Position numbers and translations under genes: made by a program. From Chrysomallon squamiferum (lineage: Eukaryota; Animalia; Mollusca), in NCBI GenBank assembly GCA_012295275.1, contig CM022677.1, forward strand, positions 11,966,001-12,030,000: a DNA stretch of 64,000 nt. The letters run 5' to 3'. This document shows, one piece after another, positions 1-16,153 of the stretch. The notes beneath the pieces were generated by a model. That model ran no database searches and was not told the DNA's origin. It saw nothing but the letters and a program-made list of their open reading frames with translations. The first letter of the stretch is position 1; every line of letters begins with the position of its first letter.

Positions 1-1139
1 TGTCATATAGCCTTTTCTTTTTACAATATTTGTTAAATAAAGAACACAGCACCACTTGATATTACGCTGCACATCTAAATATCACTCTAATATGCTGTGT
101 AAACCACATTAATTTCTAGCGATCAAGCATTTCACTTTAAAAAGGTTCATGTTGATTCATACCATCAGCCTGTAATTAATCTTCACTTTTTGCCTAAAAG
201 CCTAATTTTCTATTAACTTGAATGTCACAACAGTAATTATCCTTTAGTTACTAGCAGTACTGTAAATTAATATACTTTAATAGGATGAATCATTTTCTGC
301 AACTTTATTTAATGCAAAGTTTATAATTACCGCCAGTAGAGCTGTTTTAATGAATACACTGAGATTTAGTTATAATAACCTATATTTTATATCATTTTTT
401 CTCAGTCTCAATTCACGTTTATGAACAGTGCTCCTATTACAAAATAAACGGGATATCTCAAGGTTAAAATATACTGAAAAAGTTTTTAAAAAAGAAGAAA
501 AGTCACGTTTTGGTCATTTATTCTCAAGTTATCAGAAGCGCAGTTTATACAACTAAAGTTAAAATCAACGAAAATAACTAATTTTATTAATTACTTTAAT
601 AACTCTGAACATAATTTGTTATTTAATATTACTATAGAAGGTCCTCCATATTTCTGATTATACTTTCCGGTTTCATAAGGAAGAGGCCACAAATCTTACC
701 ACTGTTTCTGCATGACTGTAACGAGTTAAAAATCACTCGATAATAAATTTGTCACATAAACAGTGGTGGTGATTTTATCAGAAGGCCTTATTACAGGAAA
801 ATGTGAGAATTAATTACAGGTTGATGAATACAGCAAATGAATCTTTCTGTTTGTCTGGTATATTACGTGACGCTGCACCTAAAAAGAAAATATCTGATAA
901 TTCGTTTTCATCAATCTCAATTTAAATCATTTTTCAAAGAAATATTTATTTGGGATCATCGTTATTTTCCGGCTGCCAAAACTGTCGCATATTATGACAT
1001 CTAAAATAATAATATGATGCTTGCTGAAGGACGAAGTTAGTTTCATTTTTACAACATATTCGTCTTAGAATTTTGTTTATACATGGTAGAATTTGTTGAT
1101 AGTGTAAAACTAATGACGTGAGGTAATTCTAATGCCAAT

Positions 1140-1925
1140 ACCCCCAAACCTTAATTCTTACGCAAAGGCTACTTCTAATGATGATGCTAAAATTATTTTT
1201 ATTATTATTATAACATTCATAGTAATATTTACAATATCCCTAACATTGAGCCCTATCTCTAACTCTGACCTAAAACTATTTTCCACACTACCGTAATCCT
1301 AAGTCTAACCCAAACAATAACCCTAATCTTAACCCTAACCTAACCTAACCCTAGCTCAAATTCTAAACCTAATCCTAACTAAGTCCACAACGTGGATTTT
1401 TACATTAACGCTCCTCCTAATGGTGACCCTAAAATTATTTTGCATATTATCGTAACACTGATAATAATCTTTAAATAAACATCACCTTAACCTTACCCTA
1501 ACCCTAAATTAACCCTAACCCTAACCTTAATCCTAACCCTAAGCCTAACCCCGACTCTATCCCTAACACTAATACTAACTCTGATCATAAAACTGTTTTG
1601 CAGATTATCATAAGACTCATAATAAACTTTGAATAATGCTAACACTAACACAAACCCTAATCCTAACCCTAATCCTCATCCTAAAGCTAACCACAGCCGA
1701 AGTTCTAAACCTAATCTTACTCAAGTCCCGATCCTTGATTCTTAACGCTACTTCTAATCGTGAGCCTAAAATTATTTTCCACATTATCATAACCTCATAC
1801 TAAAATTTACATAACCCGAGCCCGAACCCTAACCCAAACCTTAAGCCCTAACTCTGACGCTAAAGAAGTGCCTAACTTTAATTCTTATGCAAAGTCTATT
1901 TCTAACCCTGACCCTAAAACTATTA
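1140..1925. repeat. Degenerate telomere-like (CCCTAA)-rich satellite with a recurring non-telomeric core
   Basis: Runs such as taaccctaaccctaaccttaatcctaaccctaagcctaacc alternate with about 5 copies of a core 'ctaaaattatttt..cattatcataacac' (near 1187, 1429, 1588, 1767, 1914). Confidence 0.8.
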
Positions 1926-2743
1926 TTAAGGTTATTTTATAGATTTTACTTTTTAGTCATTTGACCTACTTAAATATTGTTGTTTTTTTTTTTTTTTTTT
2001 TTTGCAGGTTGGAGCAAACTTTGAGATGAACATCGAGAAGAAATTTTTTAATTATTTTTTTATTATGGTCTTTTTTCTTAACTTGTTTATACATTTTGCC
2101 TGTGTGGAGTCTATGGAAACAGATAACGTGTTTTCAGTTTAGTTAGGTAGTTAACGTGATTCAGTGCTTTTATTATTTATCGCTAACATGTGTTTCAATA
2201 ACAAGCTGAACAACTTTCAGTACAGAATCCAGTTATTCATAAGCAAAGAAATTTAAATAGATGAAACACAGGACATTAACAATATCAAACATAGAAAAAT
2301 TTGATAATAAAGGAATTATTATTATTATTATTATTACATTAATTTTATATATTTTATTTCAAATATTTTAAATTACATTAAACCATTAAACCAAGTGTTT
2401 CCTCTGTACCTAGTGTTATCTTGAATACAACAAAGGTTAAAGATTTATTTTAAGAAGTGTTTTATCTGGGTCAGTCACGCGGTCAGCAGATTGTTGGAGA
2501 GAGAAATATTTGATATCAGGTCTGTACTCTTATTAAATCACTGAATTGTCAGAAAATTAGTTACAACAGGGAAATTTTACTATTAGACATTCTGATTATT
2601 TTCTGTTGTCGCATAAGCCATACAGACCCGAATATTACTTTTTCTTATAAACAGTAACATTCAACTATGTTCATGATGTTTTCGCAGTCTGTAATAATTT
2701 TAGAATCTGGAAGATGGGGAAGAGATAACGGCTGCTTGACTAC

Positions 2744-2745
<2 letters not shown>

Positions 2746-2800
<55 letters not shown>

Positions 2801-2825
2801 ATATACACACATACATAATACATAC
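2746..2825. repeat. (CA)n microsatellite
   Basis: Directly visible; source of the THTHTH/VCVC ORFs. Confidence 0.95.
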
Positions 2826-3156
2826 AAACATGTGTGTATGTGTTTGCGAACTCATATTAAAATCACATGCTCACACATACATATACACACATATACATGC
2901 TTGCATACAGGCAAGAAAGAAAAATTATGTTGTGTGTGTGTGTGTGTGCGCGTGCATATTTTATTTAATATGAATTCTTAGGTTCAGTAAAGTAAATCGC
3001 TGTCAAGATATATGTAAGATAAAAATCACAAACGCACTGATTTGACCCGAAGTGAAAAAACGTCGACTGCTAGCTTATGATTCTAATTTACCTTAGAAAA
3101 TGAAAACAAATAAATAAATAGACAGAGATATATAAAGCAGATCGACTGTTAGGAAC

Positions 3157-3218
<62 letters not shown>

Positions 3219-3332
3219 GGAGTAATAATAAAAATCGAGAAGTTATAAAGAAGTAATAAATATTTTAATTTTTATTTTTTTACATTTCTTTTCTGGCAGT
3301 TTCACAGAAGCGAAAGGTTTTTAAAAGTTACA

Positions 3333-3590
<258 letters not shown>

Positions 3591-3639
3591 AAGCTGACTT
3601 TGTACTAAAGCAAATTTGTTGATCATCAGAAAAGAAAAG

Positions 3640-3915
3640 TGACAAAACAGATTAGTAGGTCTTGTTTCGCTCACTCGTGTTTTAATAACAAGTTACCAAA
3701 CTGAACACAGATAACAAATATTTCAAATGTGACCGTAGAAATAATCGAATTTACAATATATAATATAGTTAATTAAAATGCAACTAAATTTTATTACATT
3801 AAACAAATGACTGGCAATTTCAGACGATTTACAATTTTATCACAATGAAATTATAATTTACAGAACAATTTAGTTTTTACAAATAACCTCAGCATTAGCA
3901 TTTGTATTAACATTA
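3640..3915 (+). repeat. About 280-bp direct duplicate of 6264-6545
   Basis: Both start gtgacaaaacagattagtaggtcttgtttcgctcactc and remain colinear to tttgtattaacat. Confidence 0.9.
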
Positions 3916-3949
3916 GCAGTGGTATAAGTAACACTAATAGTAGTAGATA

Positions 3950-3984
<35 letters not shown>

Positions 3985-4404
3985 AGACTAGTAGTTATAG
4001 CAGTAGTAGTAATATTCTTTGGGTTTGAATATATTTTTATATTATATTAATATAATTGTGTGTGTCTCCGTTTGTGTCTGTGTGTATGTGTGTCTGTATG
4101 TATGTATGTGTGTGTATTTGTGTGCGTGTGTGTCTATGTGCGTATGTGTGTGTGTGTGTTTGTCTGCGTATCCTGTCTGTACTCTTATTAAATCACTGTT
4201 TTGTCAGAAAATTAGTAAGTCAGTAAGACAGTAAGTCATGTTATCACTGACACGTGTTTTAGTAATAAATTAATTATACACGAGTTGAACATACATAACT
4301 AAATATAGACAGAGTAAACAAATGATATTGTTAATATTAAAAAAAGGTGATCATAAACAAATTTTAATTTACAAGATTAGAAATAGCAGTTATTATTGTA
4401 ATCG

Positions 4405-4431
4405 TTACAGTAGTAGTAGTAGTAGTAGTTA

Positions 4432-4470
<39 letters not shown>

Positions 4471-5660
4471 TAGTAAAGTATGTAGTGTAGTAATAGTAAC
4501 GTGCAGTACTGGTAACACAGTAAACAGTATGATAGTAGTAGTAAATAACAGATAATAACAGTATGATAGTAGTAGTAATAACAGTAATGATAATATTAGT
4601 AGTAGTAATAACAAATAACAGTATGATAGTAGTAATAACAATGATAGTAGTAGTAATAACAGTAATGTAATAAACAAATTAAATAACAGTATACAGTAGT
4701 AGTAGTAATAACAGTAGTATGATAGTAGTAGTAATAACAGTAGTAGTAATAACAGTAATAACATGATAGTAGTAGTAATAACAGTAATATGATAGTAGTA
4801 GTAAGTAATAACAGTAATAACAGTAATAACAGTATGATAGTAGTAATAACAGTAATAACAGTATGATAGTAGTAGTAATAACAGTAATAACAGTATGATA
4901 GTAGTAGTAATAACAGTAATAACAGTATGATAGTAGTAGTAATAACAGTAATAACAGTATGATAGTAGTAGTAATAACAGTAATAACAGTATGATAGTAG
5001 TAGTAATAACAGTAATAACAGTATGATAGTAGTAGTAATAACAGTATGATAGTAGTAGTAATAACAGTATGATAGTAGTAGTAATAATAGTATGATAGTA
5101 GTAGTAATAACAGTAATAACAGTATGATAGTAGTAGTAATAACAGTAATAACAACAAATAAGTAGTAGTAATAATAGTAGTAGTAATAACAGTAATAACA
5201 GTATGATAGTAGTAACAGTAAGTAGTAATAACAGTAATAATAGTATGATAGTAGTAAATAACAGTAATAACAGTATGATAGTAGTAGTAATAACAGTATG
5301 ATAGTAATAACAATAACACAGTAATAACATAGTAGTAGTAATAACAGTAATAACAGTAATAAGTAGTAGTAATAACAGTAATAACAGTATGATAGTAGTA
5401 ATAATAACAGTAATAACAGTAATAGTAACAGTAATAACAGTAATAATAGTAATAACATAGTGAGTAGTAGTAATAACAGTAATAACAGTATGATAGTAGT
5501 ATAATAAATAGTAGTAATAGTAGTAGTAATAACAGTAATAACAGTATGATAGTAGTAATAACAGTAATATGTAGTAATAACATATATGATAGTAGTAGTA
5601 ATAATAACAGTATAACAGTAATAGTAGTAAAACAGTAATAACAGTAGTAGTATTGACAGT
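4405..5660. repeat. Minisatellite with about 32-bp unit AATAACAGTAATAACAGTATGATAGTAGTAGT
   Basis: Near-perfect tandem copies at 4830-5140 that decay toward both ends; explains the three long L/Y/C/T-rich minus-strand ORFs. Confidence 0.95.
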
Positions 5661-5944
5661 CGTAGAATTATTGACAGTCGTAGAATTAGAAGTAGTTTTA
5701 TCAAATATAGTAACAGTAGTTAAAGTAACTGAAGTACTAATAATAGTTTAGTGCTATTGATATTAGTAGTGGCAGTAAAGCTGTAGCAGCAACAGTACTA
5801 TTAGCAGCTTTAGTAATAGTATTTTTAGTAGTAGTAGTAATAATAAATAATATGCTGTTGTTGTTTGTTCTATTTGTAAAATGTAAAACAAGTTAACAGC
5901 AGTGAGAATGTTACAAACATGTTGTAGTAGCTGTAATAGTACAG

Positions 5945-6240
5945 GTAACAGTGGTTGTAATAAGTAACTATACAAATACCACACCCCTCCCATTATTTAA
6001 ACAAGCTCGGACCTCGATGTTGTATTTCATGTTAAAGAGAAAACATCAGTTTACTAAATAAGGCCATGGATTGTGACTGAAATACCTCACCTGAGTTTTA
6101 TCTCCATCACGAGATGGTCAAAGTTCTCTTCAAGCGGGTATGTTAGATCACGTATTTGTGTGTTTGTCTCATAAAACTGAAACCTGGTTTCCACGGTAAC
6201 ACAGCCTCATTGTCATCTCTTTGTTAAAAAATATCCAGGT
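5945..6240 (-). repeat. Inverted duplicate of 16178-16522
   Basis: ctcacctgagttttatctccatcacgagatggtcaaagttctc...gatcacgtatttgtgtgtttgtctcata...ggtttccacg is the reverse complement of 16221-16330; ggtaacagtggttgtaataagtaa matches the bases just before the gap. Confidence 0.9.
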
Positions 6241-7908
6241 AATAAAGCTGAGAACTTTGGCCGTGACAAAACAGATTAGTAGGTCTTGTTTCGCTCACTC
6301 AAGTTTTAATAATAAGTTAATTATAAACAAACTGAACACAGATAACAAATATTTCAAATGGTGGTCATAGAACTTTTCGAATTTACAATAATACTATAAT
6401 TAATTCAATGCAACTAAATTTTATTAGATTAAAATAATGACTCGGGTAACTTCAGACGATAAACATTTTTATTACAATAAAATTAGAATTTACAGAACAA
6501 TTTAGCTTTTACATACAGCCATAGCAATAGTATTTGTATTAACATAGTAAGTTTTGCTTCAGTAACAAATAAAATGTTATCTGAACCAGATTCAAAATAG
6601 GTTATGCGGTGAATGGAGACTTGAAAAGCTATATAAATGAAAAAAATAAAAAAATAAGTATGGAAAGGGAGAAGCACAAGAAGAAAAATCTCCTTTGTTC
6701 TTCAGAGAAACAAAATCTTATCTTAATCTCCTAAGATCTTTTTTTTCTCTCTCTCTCTGGACGCTGTTAACTGAACAAAAGACGGATATTTGACTTTGTC
6801 ATTTCGACCTTTTCTTTCCTGGGAAAAAATATCTCTGTGTATAAATATGTGTGTGTATACATTTTCCACAGGAAAGAAACAGTCGAAATGACAAATAACA
6901 GAAAGTAGCGGCAACCTATGTTAAAATAATTTACGTTTATTTTTGTAAATTTATTGACAAGCACATTATCACCACCTTTCGTATAATAATTAATATCGGG
7001 AAATCAATTTAATTATACTGTCATAAAATAATAATTTTACTCAGTGATATTTGTTTCACACACAGACTCACACACACACACACACGTATATGCAGGTGTA
7101 TCTCAGAGAGAGAGAGAGAGAGAGAAGATTAATTACACATATAAAAATAATAAAATTTATTATAATTTACAATTACAATTATGCTCGTAGTTTGCGTATA
7201 TTTGTGATGTTGTTTTATTTTTAATCATATCTCTCTTGTGGCAACTGAATGAACCTGACAGTGTCAAACATCCAAGAACTCCTCTCTTTCACGCATAGAA
7301 ACAAACATTAAATATCCCAAAGCATCCATGTTTGAAGCTTGTTGCCAACGGTGAACAAATCATGAATGTCAAATGCTAGGAGACTTGTTACCATGGAGAA
7401 AGTAAAACATTACTCAGTAAGAAAACATTATTATTCTCATTTCTATTTTTTGTTATGTTCACTTTTATGACCTATATAATAGACGTAGATGTCGTGCTAG
7501 TCGAAAACAACAAAGACAGGTGACGTCTTTATGAATGAAAAATAGAAACCTTGCACTAAGCTGTTTAATACAACGTCAGTGCGACGTGTGACTATCTGAG
7601 TACGTGCCGAGCTTATCAACACTGACACTGAATGTTCTGCTGTCAGTAACATAAAACACATCTACTTAATCACTTAAGCGTTGTGACTTTTTTGAGAAAC
7701 AGAGAGTATTAGAGTGTGGCTTTTGTGTACTTATTACCAGAGTTATGTTATATACTCTAAAAAGAGAATACACAAATAAATGAATATGAGAGAGAGTGAA
7801 AGAAATCAGAAGGGAGCGGAACATGACATAAATAAATATTTGATTATAAATCACCAATTCATTTTTGAACACCTGCTGACATACATGCATACATACACAC
7901 ACATACAC

Positions 7909-8967
<1,059 letters not shown>

Positions 8968-9059
8968 AACGAACAGTTTTCCAAAGTTTCCAAACTAGTT
9001 ACGTATGATTCTTAGATGTTACATAAAAAGACAAAACAGGGCCCGGCTGCTGTAGCTCA

Positions 9060-9610
9060 GCTGGTTATTGTGCACGTCCAGGCAAAGAAGGTTCAGGTCT
9101 GTTTATCAACACACTGAAACACTTTCCATATAACTGAACATGCATTTGTTCAGTAGGGTGGAACCTGTCTTGACAATAGTCACACTGCCCATAGACGGGA
9201 ATGGTGTGGTGAGCATAAGAACTGGTGCATCTGTCGCTGGACACGTGGCATCTTTTCGTATGTTGCCTGTTCATTCTCGAACTGCCTTACATGCACGGTC
9301 GAAATGAAAGGCAAGCAAACCCAAAAATTCGATTAATGGTAGATTTAGCCGTGGACGGGTTATCGTATGGGGAGGTGTATCTGTGACTGTCAGTACACCC
9401 AATCCATAGCGTGCAAAGAAGAGACATCTCTGGGAAGTACTACCGAGGCAAGCGGAACAAACGCTGTGAACTGACCACTGGGAGACTTGTGCGCAGTTTG
9501 CCTCCATTTTGTCCAACGATCTCCAGAAAACATTCTGCGATCAATCAGTGGACTTTTGTTATTTCTGTCAAATGTATTGTTTACTGTTGTGATTAGAGTT
9601 TGACAATAAA
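9060..9610 (+). mobile_element. Highly degenerate Tc1-type transposase relic
   Basis: Colinear plus-strand peptides HTAHRREWCGEHKNW (about 9181), GRFSRGRVIVWGGVSVTVST (about 9338) and GRLVRSLPPFC (about 9480) resemble Tc1 'HRxxRLxWC.xH.xW', 'RFGGGSVMVWGGIS' and 'LVxSMPxRC'; broken by indels and an internal deletion. Confidence 0.65.
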
Positions 9611-9969
9611 CACAGTTCTTCTAAACATGTATACAAATTAATTTAATTGAGATTCACACGATAAATGACATAATGGCTTTAACAAGGTCTGTATACAGTA
9701 CTTTGCTAACAGCGCTTTTGTATTAGAAACAAAACATCGATGTATGTAATTTGATGTTTAATTTTATGTTTGTGACAATAGCGTGGCATTTGAAAGTTCG
9801 ATACTTTGCCGTTTTTTAGGTCGCTTTGCGATGAATTCAATAAAAGAAAGCATATGTGCGTCATACATATTTATATAGACCTCTGCTTTTGACACTTACT
9901 CTAAATGAGTGAATTCACTTAGGTGTTAACAGACTAATAATGTTCTTGTTCATTTAGCTGTGTAAAGGG

Positions 9970-10277
9970 CATAGGTTTTCAACCTAAGGGTCATGACCTC
10001 TAGAGGGCTCGCCAGACTTTTTTCTGGGGGTCGCGAGATCGTTCTTGAGCAATGGTATGTTTTAGTTTTTTTCAACTTGACTTGGAAGGAGGAATAAATA
10101 AAAACGTGTAGATTGGTTTGGGACCCGTCATAGTGAATATAGATTCCTTTTGTACTGACTTTGGTTGATGAAAATATGGTAACACTACATATTATTGAAT
10201 CAAACATTTTAAAGGGGTCTTCGCTCATACTGAGTTCCTCATAAGGGTCAAGGTATGATAAAGGTTGAAAACCAGTG
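9970..10277. mobile_element. Non-autonomous hAT (Charlie-like) MITE
   Basis: TIRs CATAGGTTTTCAACCT (9970) and AGGTTGAAAACCAGTG (10262-10277); flanking 8-mers gtaaaggg and gtatagag match 6/8; internal GGGGTCGCG motif. Confidence 0.8.
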
Positions 10278-10498
10278 GTATAGAGTTACCTCCCATTAGT
10301 CATAGGCTTATTTGTCATACAGTGGCTAATTGTTGGCATTGAATTGATCGTATTTTATTCTTGAATTTACACCAGATATCCGAAGTAGAGAGATCCAGAT
10401 TTTTCAAAGTTTTGTTCATAATAGATTATAGTCAGCTTGGGAAATCTCTCCCCATTTTCAAAACTCTTTTATAAAGTATATTTTTATCTTTATTTTAC

Positions 10499-10655
<157 letters not shown>

Positions 10656-11143
10656 ACACATCAATTATATATTTATAGGTTCTGATCTGGAATCCTGTCT
10701 CACAACATCTTTATGTATTACACGCTGTATGCAGAAAAAAAAAAAAATATTACAGAAACTAAATAATAAAACTTGATATTTGTCTACATAATTTTTCTGT
10801 TTACATTCTAAACACAAACTAAATGCAAAAATAAATGAAGTGGAAATTTATGATACAAAACAAATTTATTTGCATTTTGTTTATATACATAAACAAACAA
10901 ACAGTAAATTCGAAACATAATCTAATTTACTAACATATTTAATATAAATCTGAATGAAAGAAAATTGATAAATAAATCAAATAACAGTTCTTGTATTTCA
11001 TGTCCAACAGTCAGTAAGTACATATATAATTTATCTACATTTTATTTTATATACATTTTAAAGCGAAATAAAAAAGTACAAATGAAGCAAGAAATAGTTA
11101 ATAATATTACGTTTTATATACAAACAACAAACATTAGAAATAC

Positions 11144-11175
<32 letters not shown>

Positions 11176-11402
11176 AAATAAATAAATAAATAATAAAGCA
11201 ATGAGATGTATCTGTTTGACACAAATCAGTCCATTATAAAATTTCAAATCAAAGGAACTGTCTATGACGTCATCACCGCTGTCTGACGTCATCAGAAAAA
11301 CATAAACAAATCAATAAATCAATAAGTAAACAAATAAATAAATAAATACAAATATTAGGCCAGTGATGACTAAAAGTGACAGTGTTTGAACGATGTTGTT
11401 TT

Positions 11403-12662
11403 TTACACTAAAAATAACAAAGCAGGTATTTGTCCGTCTGTCACACGTGTACGAAGTTGTCTGTCACTGTGTTTAGATTTGTGTGACTCAGAAAATCTAC
11501 AAACAAAAGAGTCTACAACAATTTTTGATTTACCTTTAACTCCACACAATGAGTCTACTCCCCTTAACATTAACAAACAAGCTGTACTCAGTGTCTTTAG
11601 TAATCTTCACTGGACGTCTGAACACGACGTCATACACGTCAGACACGACGTGTTCATATCTCTGTGTCAGTGTAGACCCGTCCAGTATTTCGTCTGTTCT
11701 TGTGTCAGTGACGAAGGCGCTGACGTCGTAGTTTCGTGGTTGGTTGTAACCGTACAACTGAAATCCGCGAAGTAAAGCGTTTTTGTTGACAGAGAAAGTA
11801 ATGGCGTCATCTTCTTTACCAGAACATGGCCAGTAAAGTAAAAAAACCAAATCATACGAACCAAACCTGTTTATTTTAATCTGTGTTTTCATCATCATTG
11901 CAGTTCTCTTGTTTGAGTTGAAAGGTGAAACATCTTCATCACTGCTCACCAGGTGTCTCAAAATCTTGTTTTCTTCTGTGTCAGTGAGTATGTGAGTGGG
12001 TGTCACGTGTTTTACAAAATACGTCTGATCGAGTAATGGATAACGCACGTGCTTCACGACCTCTCCCAGTGCTTCGCGCATGTTTTTTTCATTCGTCTGT
12101 CTCCCTTGCTTCCTGCACGCGCTGTCAGCCCACTTCACAGCGGCTTCAAAAACATTTTTCTCGTCTGCTGTCAGTTCGTCTGATCGTACGATCTCAACCA
12201 GACATTCGTGACAAAGATCGGTGACTTCATCTGACTTCAGAACTTCGTCGCCATTTTCCAAAATGAAGTCCAGAGTTTTTTTCCTTAGATCATGTTCATC
12301 AAACAGGTGAGCTTGTTCCAGCACGACGCACGCATTCCGTGACGACAACGACGACTCCAAATATTTCACGCACTGTTCTTCCAGTGTCGTGACGATGTAC
12401 TTCCTCGATAGATACAGCAGACCGGTGACGTTGTCGCCTGTTAGGACGACGTCATCCGTGTAAAGATATCTGTGTAAAAAAATGTGAGATAACTATGTGA
12501 GATCAGAAGTAGAGTAAGACTTCAAACGAGAGATAATTATGTGAGATTATTCAATTAGAAAATAATTATATTACTAACAAAAACTGTATTGTTATCAACG
12601 TTCGTGTCGGTTTGTATGTTTCGTTACTCACTATGTTCGTACCTGTGTCGCTGTGTGTGTCT

Positions 12663-12736
<74 letters not shown>

Positions 12737-12747
12737 TTGTGTCTGTG

Positions 12748-12785
<38 letters not shown>

Positions 12786-13057
12786 AGTTTGTTAACATAC
12801 TTTAAAAACTCTGTAAAAATATCTGCCTGAACATCAGGCAAGATGATGCTGTTTTGTTCGCGAAGTTCTCCCATAATCATTTTGTGGAAGACATCGCTTC
12901 TGATCATCAGGATGAAGCGATGTGCTTCTACAATTTTTTCTTCTTCCCCAACAATAAATCTGACGTCGCTGTCTGTTCTCGTACGAAAAACGTGTTCAAT
13001 ACACTCCGTTAGTGTTTTCCCTGTCTGCCAACTTGAAACTTCTGCTGAGGTGGCCAT
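11403..13057 (-). CDS. BTB/POZ-BACK-PHR protein (BTBD1/2/3/6 family, Cullin-3 adaptor type), two coding exons, 1-nt frameshift near the C-terminus
   Basis: Exon 13057-12801 (MATSAEVSSWQ...SDVRFIVG...AHRFILMIRSDVFHKM...FTEFLK) ends at donor GTATGT; acceptor tttttacacAG precedes exon 12469-11403 (YLYTDDV...KYIV...BACK 'EKNVFEAAVKWA', 'VRYPLL'; PHR 'DAITFSVNKNALLRGFQLYG'). The terminal PHR motif GQIPALLFLV* lies in the +1 frame after GGGG at 11560-11563. Confidence 0.9.
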
Positions 13058-13073
13058 GTTTTCACTAAAAACA

Positions 13074-13142
<69 letters not shown>

Positions 13143-13285
13143 CTCATACGAAATATAATTTTAAAATGTTTCTAATACGCAGCCTCACATTGCAGTGATC
13201 AGTTTTCTATATTCACATCTAGCTATGACCTGTACATAGAAATATTTCAAATACTAAACATTTTTATGTAAAAAAAATAATCAAC

Positions 13286-13858
13286 CTGAGATAATTTCTA
13301 ACAATCGAGTACTTTCTGTTTAAGGCCTGTACTGTTCAACACTGAGATCAGAAATCTAAAAACAAATAAATAAATAAAAGATAATGAAAGAAAGAAAACA
13401 AATCAGATAAATATATACCAAATCGATAAAAGATAAAAAGAAGTACATTATGCTTACACTAGTGATTATTATGATGACGACAACAACAATAATTATTATT
13501 ATACACAGACATATTTAACTGTGGGAGATACGGTTTTCAAATCGCAATGTACATATGGTCATTTATACCAACTTACTCCTCGAAAAGACAAAATAATTAA
13601 CCGACAATAACAAATCTAAAAGAAACACGATATAAGAAAAAAGAATAATAAGTGAGGAAAATCAAGAAAAAAGATGTGAAACTTTTGAAATATAAAACAA
13701 TATAAAATACCTTGTAATTTCAACTTCCTGATCGACAATTTCTTATAAGCGACTATTTTCTATCAACTCAGTTATAGATCACAGATGTCACCGATCTAAG
13801 AATAAATTAAATAAAATAAAATAATATAAAGTAAGCGATATATAGCAAAAGGCGTTAA

Positions 13859-13889
<31 letters not shown>

Positions 13890-13921
13890 TATAATAGGAT
13901 AGCAGTAGTAATAGTAATAGC

Positions 13922-13997
<76 letters not shown>

Positions 13998-14416
13998 GCA
14001 TATTAAAGTCAGGATATACATAACTTTTTTCATTTCAATTTAAAACACCTGACACTTAAGTAATCTATTTGTTAGAGAACTAACTCTGATATATTTATAA
14101 TAAATTAAGAACAGTGGAAGCGTCAACACATAATAAAATATAAAATTTTATACACGTTCAATATGGCCGACTGCTGTCAGTTCTGCTTTGTGTTCTTTTA
14201 GTTTGGAAACCCTCCACTGATAAACACGCGACTGACGTCAAATATCTTATACGTCATCAAGTGTTACGTTTCAGTTTCAGATTAAAATAGACAAATCGTG
14301 CTACGAGATATATGTACACTGATCTTACATAAATCTTCTTTACAATAAATTACATTAATTCTAATTCAATAAATTAAATACTACTAGATGCCATTGCTTA
14401 TACGTAAGTTATAAAC

Positions 14417-14479
<63 letters not shown>

Positions 14480-15369
14480 CAACAACAACATCAACATCAT
14501 CAACAACAACAATAATAATAATAACAAATATTTTTTACAGTATACTGAATATGAGTGTACATGTCTTATTTCTCTGACGAGGCTTGCATGACCAGTTTCA
14601 ATGTAATCTAACACTGACTGTTTGCTTGTTATGTAGGTCATATAAAAACAGCGTGTCACTGGTACACGAGACACACAAAGATATACTCGGGTGTTATTTA
14701 CAGCGATCTGACAATTTAATTGTTAATACACTATCTGTCCATAAGTGTAGAAATAACCCGTGAAAATAAGAAATTATTTACATTTGTCAGCTTTGTGAGA
14801 AGATAAATAATTTCAATAAAGACGATAAAGACAAGCAACAAACAAACTCGTTAACGGAAAATAATAAAATTATATGAGATAATATTATCACATCCTCTAG
14901 TGGCACCTTCCATATACCAGATGAACAGTAAAAGTTACAAGTCCAGGTCTACTACATATTTTTTCATATGTTTAACACTATAATGCAGTTTGTTGTATGT
15001 ACATTAATAGCAGCGACAATGTTAATTTTTGTTTTTCTTTTATTGTTTTCCACTGCAGATGAAAACAAATACCTTAACATTTTATACACTAGTTGGAAGA
15101 GGTGATAGACCAATACAAACGTTAGTTAAGAAGGAAGGAACGACTGAAGAAACGAAGAAAGAAAGAATGAAAGGAGCACACACACAAAAAACAAATAAAA
15201 AAAAAAAAAAAATTAATAATAAAATAAATCTAAATTAAATTAAAACAATATAAAATACTTTGTACTTTCAAAATAATTACCTACCTGAAAAAACTTCCTG
15301 AACGATAATTTCTTAGAAATGAGTTATTTCTGTTTAACGACTCTGCTATTGATCACTGAAATCAGAGAT
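13286..15369 (-). other. Three homologous putative 5'UTR exons of the BTB gene (13286-13355, 13711-13795, 15285-15369)
   Basis: Each begins after a T-rich tract ending in tAG|AT, shares 'gatc...agaaa...agaaatt(a/g)tc' and ends at a GT (GTTGAT, GTATTT, GTAGGT). Confidence 0.5.
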
Positions 15370-15536
15370 CTATAAATAAAATAAAATGAAATACAATGAA
15401 ATAAAATAAATAAATATAGAAAGAAAGGAAGAAAAAAGAAAAAGAAATGATTGATGAATATATAGCCATAAGTTATAAACAATACATTGAACCATTATTA
15501 TTACTGTTGCTGTTGTTGTTTTTCTTGCTTTTTTTT

Positions 15537-15567
<31 letters not shown>

Positions 15568-15659
15568 TTTTTCTTTAATTAATTTTTTGGGGGGTGGATT
15601 TTGCAATACAAGAAGAACAGAAGGAAAACATTATATTCATATCCATATATGGACATATC

Positions 15660-15703
<44 letters not shown>

Positions 15704-16019
15704 CATATTCAACAAATTCTCTGGAAGTTTAAAAAGACTATTAAAAAGCTGTAAAGTGTTTGTTTAGATGTGGAAAGATATAATATTTATAGACATTTCT
15801 ATCTGCTCCTAAGGTAATTAATAACCAATGTACGTGACAGTGATTTTGTTATCAATAGGTAAAACTCAATAGACTAAAAGTGATAACATCAACGAAGAAA
15901 AAAAATAATAACAACAACAACAACAATAACAATTATAATTATAACTAAATCAATAAATAAAATTAACAAATAACAATATAAAACGCATATCCGAGGAAAT
16001 TAAAATTGGTGTTCGCAAA

Positions 16020-16153
<134 letters not shown>

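Noticed and set aside
4429-5704. Three long overlapping minus-strand ORFs (244-384 aa) rich in L/Y/C/T
   Set aside because: They are translations of a 32-bp minisatellite that lacks stop codons on that strand; the same peptides cycle through all frames.
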